From Monocercomonoides exilis PA203 (Eukaryota > Protista > Preaxostyla), in contig LSRY02000002.1 in NCBI GenBank assembly GCA_001643675.2, forward strand, positions 2,108,001-2,172,000: 64,000 bases of DNA, given 5' to 3'. The stretch's first letter is position 1; each line of letters opens with the position of its first letter. Shown piece after piece: positions 32,360 through 44,900 of the stretch. The translations under genes and the position numbers were made by a program. A model generated the notes under the pieces. The model saw only the letters and a program-made list of their open reading frames with translations. It was not told the origin of the DNA and searched no databases.

Positions 32360-35300
32360 ATGCTTTTCAGCTTTTTACAACGTAATGCGTCATTGATACT
32401 TCTGAATAATTCATTTTTAACTATTGGAAATTTATATATATTCTTCTTTGCATTTCATTGTGCTTATTACATTGTCATGAATCGGAAATGCTGGGAAAGG
32501 AAAACTTCTTTTTTCATTGACCTCTTTGTGACTTTTTTCGGAAATGTCGTTGTTCATGTTTTATTTTTTAATGATGTCTCAGGCATGCAAATTATTATAA
32601 GCATTTTAATTCATTTTCTTTTCTGTTAGATTGGTTAAAGGATTATAAGTATTTTCTCACATTTTGCTGGGTCTGGATAGTCATTGTCATTATGTCACAC
32701 GCTAACGCAAGCATAACTGAAAGTTCATGGCTTCAAACTGTGTTAAGTTATGGAATGAGTGTATTTGCTTCATATGAGATTATGATTAGCATAAATACTG
32801 CAATGAAGATTTTTTATAAAAATGAGCTTGTAATATATTACTTTATTGCATTTGTTGTGGGATGTGGAGCTCATTACTTTTTTTTTCAAACGGAATGGGT
32901 TGTGAGAACATTTGAATATACAAGGTATATTTTAATTTTTGTTGGTAATTATTTTTTTCCTTTTATTTTTGACAGGCTTCAAATTGTAATCTTTTCTACA
33001 GTGACAATGTTTTTAGTCATTCAAAGGCCTCAGCTTTTTGTGCAATTATTGAACTTTTGTCCAAGAGTTGATTTGGCATCAATAACATCTTATTTGTCAT
33101 TCGAAAGAAATAATTATACCTTTATAAGGAGTTTTTCTGATTGGTTGATATATATTTTACAGTCATATAATCTATTATTAGAAAATGCACATGACTATGC
33201 ATCTCAACCAAATTGTTCTCCACTATTGGATCTTGATTCAACATTTAAATTTGTTTCACTAACTTCCTTTTTCCTTGCAGTTGCATATACATTTGGAATA
33301 AATTTTGTATGAAATTTATCTTTTAAATTTATTGATATTCTCGTTTATCTCTTGTTTACCTTTTTTATGATTTCATCTTTATCAAGCATATTTTGGTTGA
33401 ATCTATAAAAAGACCCCGAAAGACCCGAATAAATAATTATAGACACGGTTGAGAATGCAATATATATATATCTATTATTTCGATTGTAGCAAAGATGTAG
33501 TTATATATTTGTTGATTTTAAAATAAGTTTAATTTTTACATTTAATTAAAGCTTGTTTAAGAGATGATAAATTTTTTTTCCAAGTTGAATAACACTTTTT
33601 ATGGTTGTGATGTTGCTTTGTTATTTTAAGTTAATTTTTTGATTTTTGATTTTTTTTTTTTTTTTCTTTATTTTTTCTTTTTCTTTTTTTTTTAAATAAC
33701 GAACGACATCAGCAAAAAATAGCAAATCGTTTATCATAGGTCTGAAATCATTAATTGGAGGTGTTTATGTTTACTGATTCTTAGAGTTTTTCTCAACATT
33801 TTTGATGTTTATTAAAAAAACGCAGAAAAAAATTTTCAAAAAAAAAAAAAATAATAAGAAAATTATTATATTATGATATAGTTTTTTTATTAAGCTGCAG
33901 GAACTTATTTCCCGATAATTATTCACAGAACTTTCAAATTAGTTGAAAAAAAGTTTTTGTTTCCCATAATAAATTAGAATGATTTTCGTCAAGTCGAAAT
34001 GAACATTCACCCAAATATTTAGGAATATTTACATATTGAAGAATTAAAACAATAATTTTTATAAACGTGTTCTTTTTATAGGGTATATGAACAATCAATG
34101 TACTTTGAAAAAAGAAATAAGAAAACCATTTCCGAAATGGACATTGATTCTTTTCTTCTTTGCGCATTTAATTGTTTGTAAATAATCTTTTTCTTTTTAT
34201 TAGAATTATGATTCTGTAGATTTCACAATGCTGCTTTTCAGGATCAATTTGCTGTATTTTGTTTTATCCATTTTCCATTTTTTTAACAACGGTTTGAAAA
34301 ATGACTTTTTTGCTTATATTTACATCCATTATTATAAGCTATCAATAATTGTACTTGGAATTCAAATGATTTCGTTTTTGTTTATCCTCGCTGCCGAGAC
34401 AACACATTTTGAAAAAGTTTTAACAAACTCCAGAATATTACATGTGATCCTGTTGGCAATGTCGCTTCTTTCCCTTGTCCTTGTGACTGTTTATGGATTT
34501 ACAGATTTTTTGAACGAAGGATTAAAATCATTGCAGCTATATTCTTTTGTATTTGCTTTAATCTTTGGAGTTATTGGTTTTCAGTTATTATATCTTTTCA
34601 GGTTTGAATTTGAATTTAATACACAATATACTTTTGCATGAAATTTCCTGAATGTTTATATTTCAAAGCACATGCACTCGATATTTATTTACATGGCTGC
34701 TTTCGCTCTCACCACCTCCTGTGAGAAATGAAATCCTGTGCACAATTTCTGGTGCTTTAACCATCACAATAATAGTGATTGCAAATGAAAAGTTTATTTA
34801 CGGCTTAGCAACAGAAATGATTGCTTCTTACGATGAGGATAGCTCCAGAATTTGGAGTACTATGAAAGGAGGGAATAGAATAGGATGGCACATACTCCTT
34901 GGATCAGTTTTTGTGCTTGTTGAAAGTGGATTCAGAACAATGTGGTTGAATAGAGAATGGGAAATCAAACAAAAAAGATGGCTAAGATGGTGTGCGAAAA
35001 ATGGTAAGCAAGAAAAAGGAATTCAAAAAAGAAACTATGAAATGTGCGAAATGGATGTGAATGTTGGAACAAAAAATCCAACTGAATCACATGGAGTAAA
35101 AGAGGAAAATAGCAGAAAAGCAGAAAAGGAGAACTTAGCCAAATATGACGATGAAACAGCAATGTTGCTCGCAGAAAGCGAAGAAGAACGAAAAGAACGA
35201 TTGGAACGAGTTAGAAAAAGAGAAGAAGAAAAAGCGTTAAAAGAACGAAAGAGACTTGAAGCAGAAAAACAGCAAATAGCAAAAAAGCAGCAGCAACTGA

Positions 35301-36295
35301 ATGAGTTGCGAAAGTTTATGAAAGAAGTTGAAGAAAAAGAAAAGAAAGAGAAAATTGACAGGCTTACCAAATCAGCACAACTTACCGACGAAGATTTTCA
35401 GAGTGCAATGAACGACACTTCAGAACGCTTGAAACTTAAAAATGAGCTGAGCGTGGCTAAATTGGACGAGCCACAGAATCAAAGCAGCAATCAAGGCATT
35501 AGCGCAAAGTCGAGCAAATCTTTATTATCTACAAGAAACATGTTGGAAGAAATAGAATCAAGCTCTGAAGAAGAAGAAGAAAAAGAAGGCGGATTCAATA
35601 TGAATGACATTGTATTTGATGATTCAGAAGATGAAGTGATTGAAATAGACAGCACAGTATCGTTGGATATTGGGCTTGTGCAAAACAGGCAAAATGCGCT
35701 CAACAAGAATAAGAATGCCACTTTTGCATATGGCACAACCATACGCAACGAAAACGACGAGTTTTCAGGACAAAGCAAAAAGAGGGCGAAACAGACAGAA
35801 GGATTGAATGATGTTTTCTTTGTGATGGACAAAGGATTTGAAGAGACTGAGCATGTTGAGAATCAGCATCTGGTTATGAAACGGGATGTGTTGCAGAAGC
35901 AATTCACTTCGAAGAAAAAGAAAGGCGTAAAAAAAACAGTCAGACAAACAAGCAATAAAGGCAGTCCATCCACTTCGAGAAATAATCATAGCTCGTCATC
36001 TCCTTCTCATTCAAATGGCAGTTTGAATGAAGACGGGGGAAGAATAAGTGCATCTCTGGAAGCACAACACATTGTGGAAGAAGAACAAAGGGGAATCAAT
36101 AAAAGTGGAACTGCTTCAATTAGATCAAAGTCAAGAGGAATTAAAATGAAAAAGGAATTTGAAGATGATGATATTGATGATGATGACAGCATCGATGAGG
36201 ATAGCTCTGACAATATGTTTGTGCACCATTCACGCTCATCCAGTATGAGTTCTATGAGTTCAGTTTCTTCAAATACACCTCTGCTGTTTCATTAA
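32360..36295 (+). CDS. multi-exon, multi-pass membrane protein with a charged coiled-coil C-tail; N-terminal part weakly TRIC/TMEM38-like
   Basis: Hydrophobic ORFs 32360-32629, 32692-33312, 34228-34641 and 34652-36295 plus small exons at 33390-33950 splice in frame for the junctions checked (32583-32629, 33307, 33448). It could instead be two genes, the first ending at TGA 33452. Confidence 0.6.
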
Positions 36296-36563
36296 AGTTT
36301 ATTTTCTTGTTCAGTATTTTATGTTCATATCACTTCATTTTGTTCGTTTTGCTTTATTTTTATTTGATTTAATGCATATGCATTTTCAAATAATCGCAAA
36401 TTATTTATAAACACTTTTTTTATTTTCTATTTTTTATTTTTACGTGACAAATTAAACTTTTATCAATTAAGGTGAAATGAATTTCACAAAAATCTAAAAT
36501 TTACTCAAGTGAAGTGTCAGAAGAAGGAAACTCAATAAAAAATCTACCTTTCAGAGAAGAAGA

Positions 36564-38867
36564 CTAAGAGCGACGTGTGTAGATGAGAATGTAAGCCTGC
36601 TGCGAAAACACTTTTTTCTCTGAGACAACATTGACATGATTGTCATTGAATTCAAGCCATATTGATGAAGATGAAGGAGCAGACGATGCAGAATCGGATG
36701 ATGAAGGCGGTTGAGTTCGAGAAAAAGGAGGGGCAATATGTCGATGAACATATGAAATGTAATGTCCAGAATGAACAGTTGCACCGTGATGCACAACAAC
36801 ACCACATAAGTCGTAATCTGCACTTCTCGCATTGTCGGAGTAGCACGATTTAACTTCAGTGCTCTTTGATTCACCCTTCCCTTTTCCCTTGTCTGTTCTC
36901 CCAGAAACTAATTGTTCCCTTCTTTCCCTCTCTCTCCTCACATGCATACACAGACCCTTCACTTTCTCTGCCTCTGAAGAAAATCCTCCGTCAAACCAGT
37001 CGCTCACCTCACCCAAGAACATTCTCAAATGCTCTCCAAATTCAATGTGTTTTGCAATTTTCACTGGCTGCCCTGTTGTCCAGTTGACAATGAACCGCTT
37101 CAAATGAAGAACCAAAATAGGTGGGAACGAAAACAAGGACATTGAACGCGTTATGAAGCGAGGCGGTGCAGAAGATGGAGATGTTGAGGACGAGGCAGAA
37201 GAAGAAGGCCGATCTACTCTTATCCTTTCAGTAATCCACATTCGTTCAATTGCATCTTCGACAGTAGCCACCTCTCTATCCGCTATATCTGCACTCAGTT
37301 CAAAGAAGCGTTGGACTGTCAATGAATCCTTTTCACCTGGACGGCATACCCGAGACAAGAGCTCACCTCCAAATAAGATTGAAATAACTGAGATTCCTTG
37401 CTCATTCACGCTAACAACTCCTTCTTTCCTCCCGCTTGCAATTCCAATCCCTGCTGAAAAGGCTTCTTTGCCCGCAGCATTTACACTCTTCACATTCAGC
37501 TTCGTCTTCTTGCCTCCGCTTTTCTTTGCCTTTCCTGCTTCTCTCCATCCATCATCCTCTTCAGTATCAGCTTTGCTTTGGTTAGACTTGTCTTTTTTGT
37601 TAGCCTCTTTTTGTTGCTTTTGCTTGGTTTTTTGTGTTTGTTGTTGAATTTCTTGTTTTTGCTTTCCTTCTTTATTACTTTGCTTAACAGACTTTGACGT
37701 TTTTGGAAGAGGGGCACAAGAAGAATCGATTTTTTCTGTGTTTTCCAAAGTTGTGGATGATTGAGTGGATGTGGAAGTTGTTGATTTGTTTGTTTCACTT
37801 TTGCTTTCACTTTGCTTTTTCTTTGGTTCTTTTTCTTCAGTTTCAAGTTTCGGTTTTCCTTGATCAGTAATTTTCATTTCTTCTTCCAAAATTCGTCTTT
37901 CGTCGATTCTCAAGTCATCATCCAATCCAGACAAGCAAAATGCCAGAAATTCTTCTGCGTCTTCTTGCTCTCCACTCACAGGAAGCACACGACTTTTTTG
38001 TCCAACTCCAACAGAACTAGGTTCAATTACAATTACACTACTATTCTGCTTTGCTTTTTTGCTCGAAGAAGATCCACCTTTTTTGGTGCGAGGTAACGAA
38101 GGAAATTGACCTCCCGGATTTGATGAAGGTAATGAGGCTTCAGTAGACATTGACTCAACAGACAGAGCTGAAGAAGATGTTGAAGAGATTGTTTCTGATA
38201 CTGGACGAATGGTCGAGGAGCCATCTCTCAAGCGAAATTGGGTAATTATAGGATATATTGATTGAGGATAGACTTCTGCTCCTTGAAGATCTTTCATTTT
38301 AACCGATTTAACACTACTCTCGACTTTTCGAGAGCCGTCTTGACTAACAATAGCTGGATGTAGCTGATTGAAAAGATTTAGCCAACATCGTAAATGGGGT
38401 GTCAATGCAGAAGGTGGTTCGCATTCTGTTCGTAATCGAAACAACATCTTGAAAAAAGGAGGGCAATTTACGAGACATTGAATAATGCTATTTGCAAAAC
38501 AAAGATTCGTGGGATTCAAAAGTCCATGAGCTCGTATATTAATAACGGAAGATCCATGAACTAATGTTCTTAGATTAGAGACCATATCGTAGCAAAGAAA
38601 ACATAATTTTAAAGATTGAGGATAAATAATCTTGGGAGTTGATGAAACAACTAATGCTGGATGATCATCATCACCAGATATTGATGTTTTCCCGTCATCA
38701 TCTTTTTGTGGTTTTTTTTGTTGTTCTAACCGCCTTTGTTCCCATTCATTAATTATTTGTCCTTTTTGAGTTTTCTGTTCATTTTCTGACTTAACAGAAC
38801 CAGACTTCTCTTGACATGTAGATTCATCCTTTTTGTTTTCAATGTTTATTTTTTCATTTGACTGCAT
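36564..38867 (-). CDS. ubiquitin carboxyl-terminal hydrolase, peptidase C19 (USP10/Ubp3-like)
   Basis: Cys box GLLNPTNLCFANSIIQCL, QEDAEEFL, LVLHLKRF, His box VVVHHGATVHSGHY, WLEFND, AYILIY; apparently intronless. Confidence 0.93.
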   Translation of the reverse strand: MQSNEKINIENKKDESTCQEKSGSVKSENEQKTQKGQIINEWEQRRLEQQKKPQKDDDGKTSISGDDDHPALVVSSTPKIIYPQSLKLCFLCYDMVSNLRTLVHGSSVINIRAHGLLNPTNLCFANSIIQCLVNCPPFFKMLFRLRTECEPPSALTPHLRCWLNLFNQLHPAIVSQDGSRKVESSVKSVKMKDLQGAEVYPQSIYPIITQFRLRDGSSTIRPVSETISSTSSSALSVESMSTEASLPSSNPGGQFPSLPRTKKGGSSSSKKAKQNSSVIVIEPSSVGVGQKSRVLPVSGEQEDAEEFLAFCLSGLDDDLRIDERRILEEEMKITDQGKPKLETEEKEPKKKQSESKSETNKSTTSTSTQSSTTLENTEKIDSSCAPLPKTSKSVKQSNKEGKQKQEIQQQTQKTKQKQQKEANKKDKSNQSKADTEEDDGWREAGKAKKSGGKKTKLNVKSVNAAGKEAFSAGIGIASGRKEGVVSVNEQGISVISILFGGELLSRVCRPGEKDSLTVQRFFELSADIADREVATVEDAIERMWITERIRVDRPSSSASSSTSPSSAPPRFITRSMSLFSFPPILVLHLKRFIVNWTTGQPVKIAKHIEFGEHLRMFLGEVSDWFDGGFSSEAEKVKGLCMHVRRERERREQLVSGRTDKGKGKGESKSTEVKSCYSDNARSADYDLCGVVVHHGATVHSGHYISYVHRHIAPPFSRTQPPSSSDSASSAPSSSSIWLEFNDNHVNVVSEKKVFSQQAYILIYTRRS

Positions 38868-39101
38868 ATTCTTTGGGAAAAATAATAGAGAAACAATAAA
38901 AAATGATGCGTATTATTTTGTAATGGTTATTCAATTGGTGATAAAATTGGAGAGAAATTACATGTGGCAAAATTCTACAAATCATAAATTATCCTTGGAA
39001 CAAAAAATATTTGGAAAATTAACCCTTTCTTACAGCAAGCAAATTTCGTTGTGATATTTTGGTGAATATTTCACAATAAACTTTATTTGTTAACTAAGAT
39101 C

Positions 39102-41689
39102 ATGCTTATTTCATTAATATTGCTTGCATTTTTTAATAATTGCAATGCGTTTAATGTCATTGATTTGACAAGTAAGACATACGATAAATATGTTGCAAAA
39201 GGAAATATTGTTATAAGATAGTGTGCATTCTTTATATAATTTTGAATATACATTAAGTTGTATATGTTCATTAATTATTTTAAAAACAAAACCTTTTCAC
39301 TGTGCAATGAATTAAAATTTGTTAAAGTTGGACTCATTCTGATTATAATTCTTTAGTAATGACTCCCCAATGGGAAGACATTGCACGTGAATATGGAAGA
39401 GCATGTAACAACTTGACGTTTGCTCAACTGGATTGCTCAAGAGAGTTTGCAACTTGCAGAAAAGGACCAGTCATACAATATCCTACTTTCAAATATCACG
39501 GTCCTGATCCAAGCATAGTCCGCCACTTCACCGGAGATAAAACAAAAGAGTCAGTTTCTGAATTCATTTCAGATTCGCATAATTTAAACTTTCGCGCTTC
39601 ACCATCATTTTTCAAAGAATTAACTCCTGACAATTTCTCGAAATATGTTATGGATCCTTTCCAAAATGTGTTGGTTGCATTCACAGCAGAATGGTGTGGA
39701 TATTGCCACAACATACGTTCAGCAATGATCGGAGCCGCATCATCATTTACTGCAGCTGATCATGTTTTGTTCGTTCATATGGATGGAGCGAAACATAGTA
39801 GCTGGTGTCAAAAATTTCACCCTGAAGGATATCCCACATTGAAGTTCTTTCCTGCAGAATACAATTTAACAACCCTTCACAAGTTTGATGCTGAATATGC
39901 CAAGAATGCAAAAGACGAAGAAGAGTCAGATGACGATGATGCTGAAGATGATGATGACTTCAATTTGTCCAGCGATGCATTCTTTGAAAAGGAAAAGAAG
40001 AAGCTTATGGTTATGAATTTCAAGGACGGAATGGAAGAAGAAAACGCAGATTTGCAGAGAGGGATTATCCGAAGAGATAAAAAGAAGAAGAGCAATGCTG
40101 GAGATTCACCCGAGTCTGTAAGCAGCTCTGGTGAAAAAGAAGGAAACGAAGAAGAAGAGGAGGACGAGGAAGAAGAAGAAGTGTTTTGGACAATGGAGAA
40201 TGAGAAGAAGTATGTTGAAGAAGAGAGAAAACTTGCTGTTTTGGAGAAGTTTCTAGAAGATAAAAAGAAGAAAGAGACAGAAAAGAGCAAGCAAAACGAA
40301 ACATCTGACAATAAAACAGAGGAGCCACGAAAATATCGCGAAGTCGAGATCACAAGTGAAGAACTGTCGAAGTTGAGCGACGAATACGTCACAGCAAAGC
40401 GCCGCCAGCTGCGCGAGTGGGCGAAGATAAGGCTGATGTGCATTCAGCAGAGCCGCTACGACGAGATAAGAAGATACCGCCAGTCCATCTCGAGGAAAGC
40501 GAAATACAGTTCGATGTACTCTTCCTTTGACCCTTCGTCGATTGACAACGCATATTCAGTCCGGAAGAAAGGAAGCCGCAACATTGAAAAGTATGTGGGG
40601 CCAAGGACGGTGAAGGGGTTTGTGGCGTTTATGAACGATAAAGTGGGCACGTTCAGGCAACAGCGCGCATTTCCTGATGAGCTGCTGGGATTGGAGAACC
40701 ATGGAAAAGAGGTGGTTCATGATCCGCGCCATGTGATGAAGGAGATCAGAGCTGAGAACGAGAGGCAGAAGCAGGAAGACGAAAAGGAAGAGAAGTCCTG
40801 GAATATTCTGCGTCTGAAGAAGGACAAAGGGAAAAAGAAAGTGAAAGACGATTCGTATCAGGACAATCAGCAGGACAGCAATCCAGTGCAGATCAAAGCA
40901 GCAGACAGGCCGTACATGCAAGGAAGAGAGGGGGTGCGTGTGGAGAGAGAGGCAGGTGCCACAGAGTTCAATCTGATCCGTGTCTATGAGGCCATCAGCC
41001 GCTACTCGCAGATTGTTCAAGGAGAGGAAGTGATTGTGTACCCAAAGAGCGACAATGAGGAAGAAGAGGTGGAGGAAGTCGAAGTCGAAGTGGATGATGA
41101 CGAAGATGAGGATGAGGAGGATGAAGAGGAAGCAGATGAAGATAACGCAGAGAATGATGAGGAGCATTCCGATGGGAAAAGTGGAGAGAAGAAGAAGAAG
41201 ACAAAGAAAATACTTGTGAAGAAGAAGAAGGAGCCTGTGGGTGTTCCATTGAGCAGAGGAGAAGCAGCTGGGGATGTGCAGCGAATGGTCGGGCTGTTGC
41301 GAAGCGAGCGAGTCAGAAAGGAATATTTGGATGTTCTGAACGAGGTGGAGGAGCATATGGATGAGTTGGTCAGGAACTATGCAGAAGAAATGGAAGAGAA
41401 AAAGAAGAGAATGGTAAACAGACGGCTTTTGAGAGAAGCAGCTGAAAGAGCGAGAAGGGAGGAAGCAGAAAACAACAAGGATGCAAATGAAGAAAGAAAA
41501 GAAGAGGAACAAGAAGATGATGAGACTGTTGATGACTTTACAAAATTACCTCCATTGGATCTGACTTTCTTGAAGGAGGAAAGAGACAGGCTCGATGCTT
41601 TAGGAAAGGAGAAATACTTATCATCAAATCAAAGAGGTTGGATATACGCTAAACGAAATATTAGAAACCTGTTTTTAAGAGATTTTTGA
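39102..41689 (+). CDS. protein disulfide isomerase, ERp38/PDI-D type (signal peptide, two thioredoxin domains, ERp29-like C-terminal helices)
   Basis: Exon 1 from ATG 39102 (MLISLILLAFFNNCNA, signal peptide) joins through intron 39221-39327. Motifs QYPTFKY, FTAEWCGYC, GYPTLKFF, YVGPRT; C-terminal ERDRLDAL…KRNIRNLF is typical of the D-domain; no KDEL. Confidence 0.82.
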
Positions 41690-41948
41690 ACATGAGAAGA
41701 ATTATTAATTGTTTAAAACATTATTGAGAGTTTTTTTTGAAGAATAATTTTAAAAAAAAAGTATGCTCACGTTATTTAACATTTCATTATTTGCTTCAAT
41801 AATCTTTGCCATTGTTAGTTATTTAATGATTGTTTGTTGTTTGCAAGGAAAATTATGAATAAAACTCAATCAAAACTCTGATCAAACAACAACCATGATT
41901 ATTTTAGTTAATTTTTCGATTTTAATTTTTTGAATATTCTCAAGGAGT

Positions 41949-44900
41949 ATGACAACAGTTGATGATGAACCAGAAATAGGTTAATATTATATATTTGTTC
42001 ATAGATTTATTTTATTTAAACAAATGTTTCTAACGATGATATATTCATTATTATAAATAAAATATCTTTTTTAAATGAAAACATATTTATTACTATTTTT
42101 CTTATTTTATCATTCATTGTTTTGCTCTGCGAATTATTTTAGAAGAGCTTACACATACAATCGACATCGTTTCACTTGATCTAAAATCTTCATCAAGAAT
42201 AACTTTATCAATTCAAACTAAAATAAGTTCGATTGCAACGTTTACTCAAAAGAGTTTGATATAATCTTTCGATTGATTGCTATGAATTCGATATTATTGC
42301 TAAATTTCACAAAGCGACAACTTTTTTTTATCTTTTAACAGATTCTGGAAAAGTAATGAAATACAATAACTCAATTGGGAAATTATCAAGTCAAGAACAA
42401 TGTGGAGTCAATTCGTCTTTGCATTTTAAACAGATTGCTAGCGGTTCTTCTCATATTTTAGCATTAACAGGTATCATAATTTTTCATATTTGCATGTCAA
42501 TTAATTTTATTGTAAATTTTTAAACACTAGACAATGGGGAATTATATTCAGAAGGTTCAAATGCCTTTGGGCAATGTGGACATCCAATTGGTTATCGTTC
42601 TGCAGAATTTGTGAAATGGAACAAATGTGTATCAATTCCCACATCTAGAAATGGAACAATTTCAAAGATATCTTGCTTGCCTTTAACGTCCATTGTGTTC
42701 TTTGGTATGTTTCAATAATTTTCATTGTTGATAATAGAAATTTTCACTTGATATTTTTATTAACTTTGCTTTGAGAAAACGGGGTAGTTGTGATATTTGG
42801 AGATCTAACTCCGTTTGGTTGCACTTCAAGCAACACATTAACGTCAACGTGGCTTCCCCTTGCACTGGTTCCAATGATTGAATGGTCACTTCTATGCCTT
42901 CCGATTCAAGAAAGTAATTCCAAGAAAATGAACGAAATTTTATCCTCAACGATGATAACTTTCGTTACAGATTTGCTGAACAGTTTAATAACATTATCGA
43001 CTTTATTAACAAAAAATGACACAGAACCTCAAGAAAGTGCTTCATCTATGAATAACCCATATGCTATAAATTCGTTTTTCCTCATATTTTTTGAGCATCT
43101 TTCTTTCTTTTTTTCCAAACTTTATTCGAAAACACTTTCTGAACTAAAATGTACAAATACATCTGACTCATCATCTTTTAAATCTACGCTTTATTCTGAT
43201 ACAACAACAACTATATCCACTTCAACTTTTAATACTTACAATTCACAAATACATTCACCAACTTTAACTTCTTCAACTATCCAAGTATTTTCTCAGCCAT
43301 CTCCTAGTTCTTTTCTTAGCACTTCACTTGATGATTCATTTTTATCTCCTGTTTTAATAACCACTCCACTGCAACTTCATCAAAAAGAACCCATTTCATT
43401 TGAAAATCAGGCATCTCCTTCGGAAGAAGCAAGCGACACGCCTGACTTCCCCCGATTAGCAATGCTGGATGACACTTCATCTCAAACATTAAAAGTCATG
43501 TCAGTTGATTACACTTCATTGATTCACTATTTCTTGCGATGGCCATCAGCGCTTTTTGCGTTGATTGCAGCTTATCTCACTTCATTTTCTGAGAAAAACC
43601 AAAAATCTCCAATCTCTTCACATTCATTTCAACAAACAACAACATCTTCTAGTTCCGCTTCATCCTCTAAAAACGATCATTCTACTGATGATGAGAATTA
43701 TCCCGTATATTTCAATTCTCAACTATTTCTCTCGACATTAGCTGAACTTCATTTAGAGAAATGCAGCAGGCATCAGAAAAGGGAAACATGTGCTGATTCT
43801 TCATTTGATGGATCGAACGAACTTTTTCGCGATTTGTTGAATATCGATGAAAATGATGATGATGAGTACATCGACAAGCACAACGCACCCAAAAAAAGAA
43901 AGAAGCAAAAATCACTCGAACAACAAAGAAAATTTGATAATAAGGAAACTTCTATCACGAGTGCATGCAGTAATTCATTGTGTTACGATTATGAGACTTC
44001 GAACAAATTCAGTGATGAAAGTTCAGAAGAAGAAGAAGAAATTGAATGCAAAAGTACATTTGAAAGTGTATTTCCATTGACAAAAGAAAGACTCCTAATT
44101 CAAATTAGGGACTTCAACACAACTCGGAAGAAGGAAGCGTTGCAATTGTTTCGTGCGCTTTCAACAGCGAAACAAAATGGAATTGCGAAAGATAAGAATT
44201 ATGGAACGCCAACGCTTCGGAGAAATCCTCCGCAGTCCAATAAAAATTCGATCTTTCAAATGATTCAGAATGGTGGGTTTGAAAGCAACCTGCGAAACGT
44301 TCAAACACGTGAGGAGCTTATGCTTTTGCTGAATGTTTATCTTCAAGACTCAACAAATGTCAAAAAGCCTCCAGTGTTAATTCTTCCTGCACCAATAACT
44401 TTAGCTGACGAATCTGCTTCTGTAAAAAAACTCAAGCATCCGAATGAAGCAAAGAAGGAGGTTAGCATTAGCCGTGTTGATTTGAGTGAAGAAAAAGAAA
44501 TACAGAAATTCACTGCATTTACTCAGAACAGTCCCAATCCTGAGAGAAGAAGGTGGGGGCAGAATCTGCTTGACACTCTTCAGATATCCAACTCAAAGCA
44601 AAATATAAAAAAGCTTGAAGAAGACAAAAAGTCAAAATTACAAATATTTGAAGGAGGAGTTGGCTTACCGAAGACAGAACATGTTTCTTCTTCTTCTGCT
44701 GCTGCTGCTGCTGCTCCATTTTCTGCTGTTTCATCGCCTCCACGAAATGATTTATTGGAGATTCCGAAAATCAATTTGTCTTCAAATATTAAAGAAATTG
44801 CACAACAGATATCAACAGAAAACGTTGAAAACAAAGAAATTTTAACAAAAAATGACAGCCAATTTTTAGAATTAGTGGGTACGCCATCAAAAGATTTTAA

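Noticed and set aside
40556-41512. Long antisense ORFs (318 aa here; also 61929-62835, 16776-17420 and many shorter ones)
   Set aside because: Shadow frames of E/K/S-rich coding sequence, whose reverse complement is poor in stops; no motifs.
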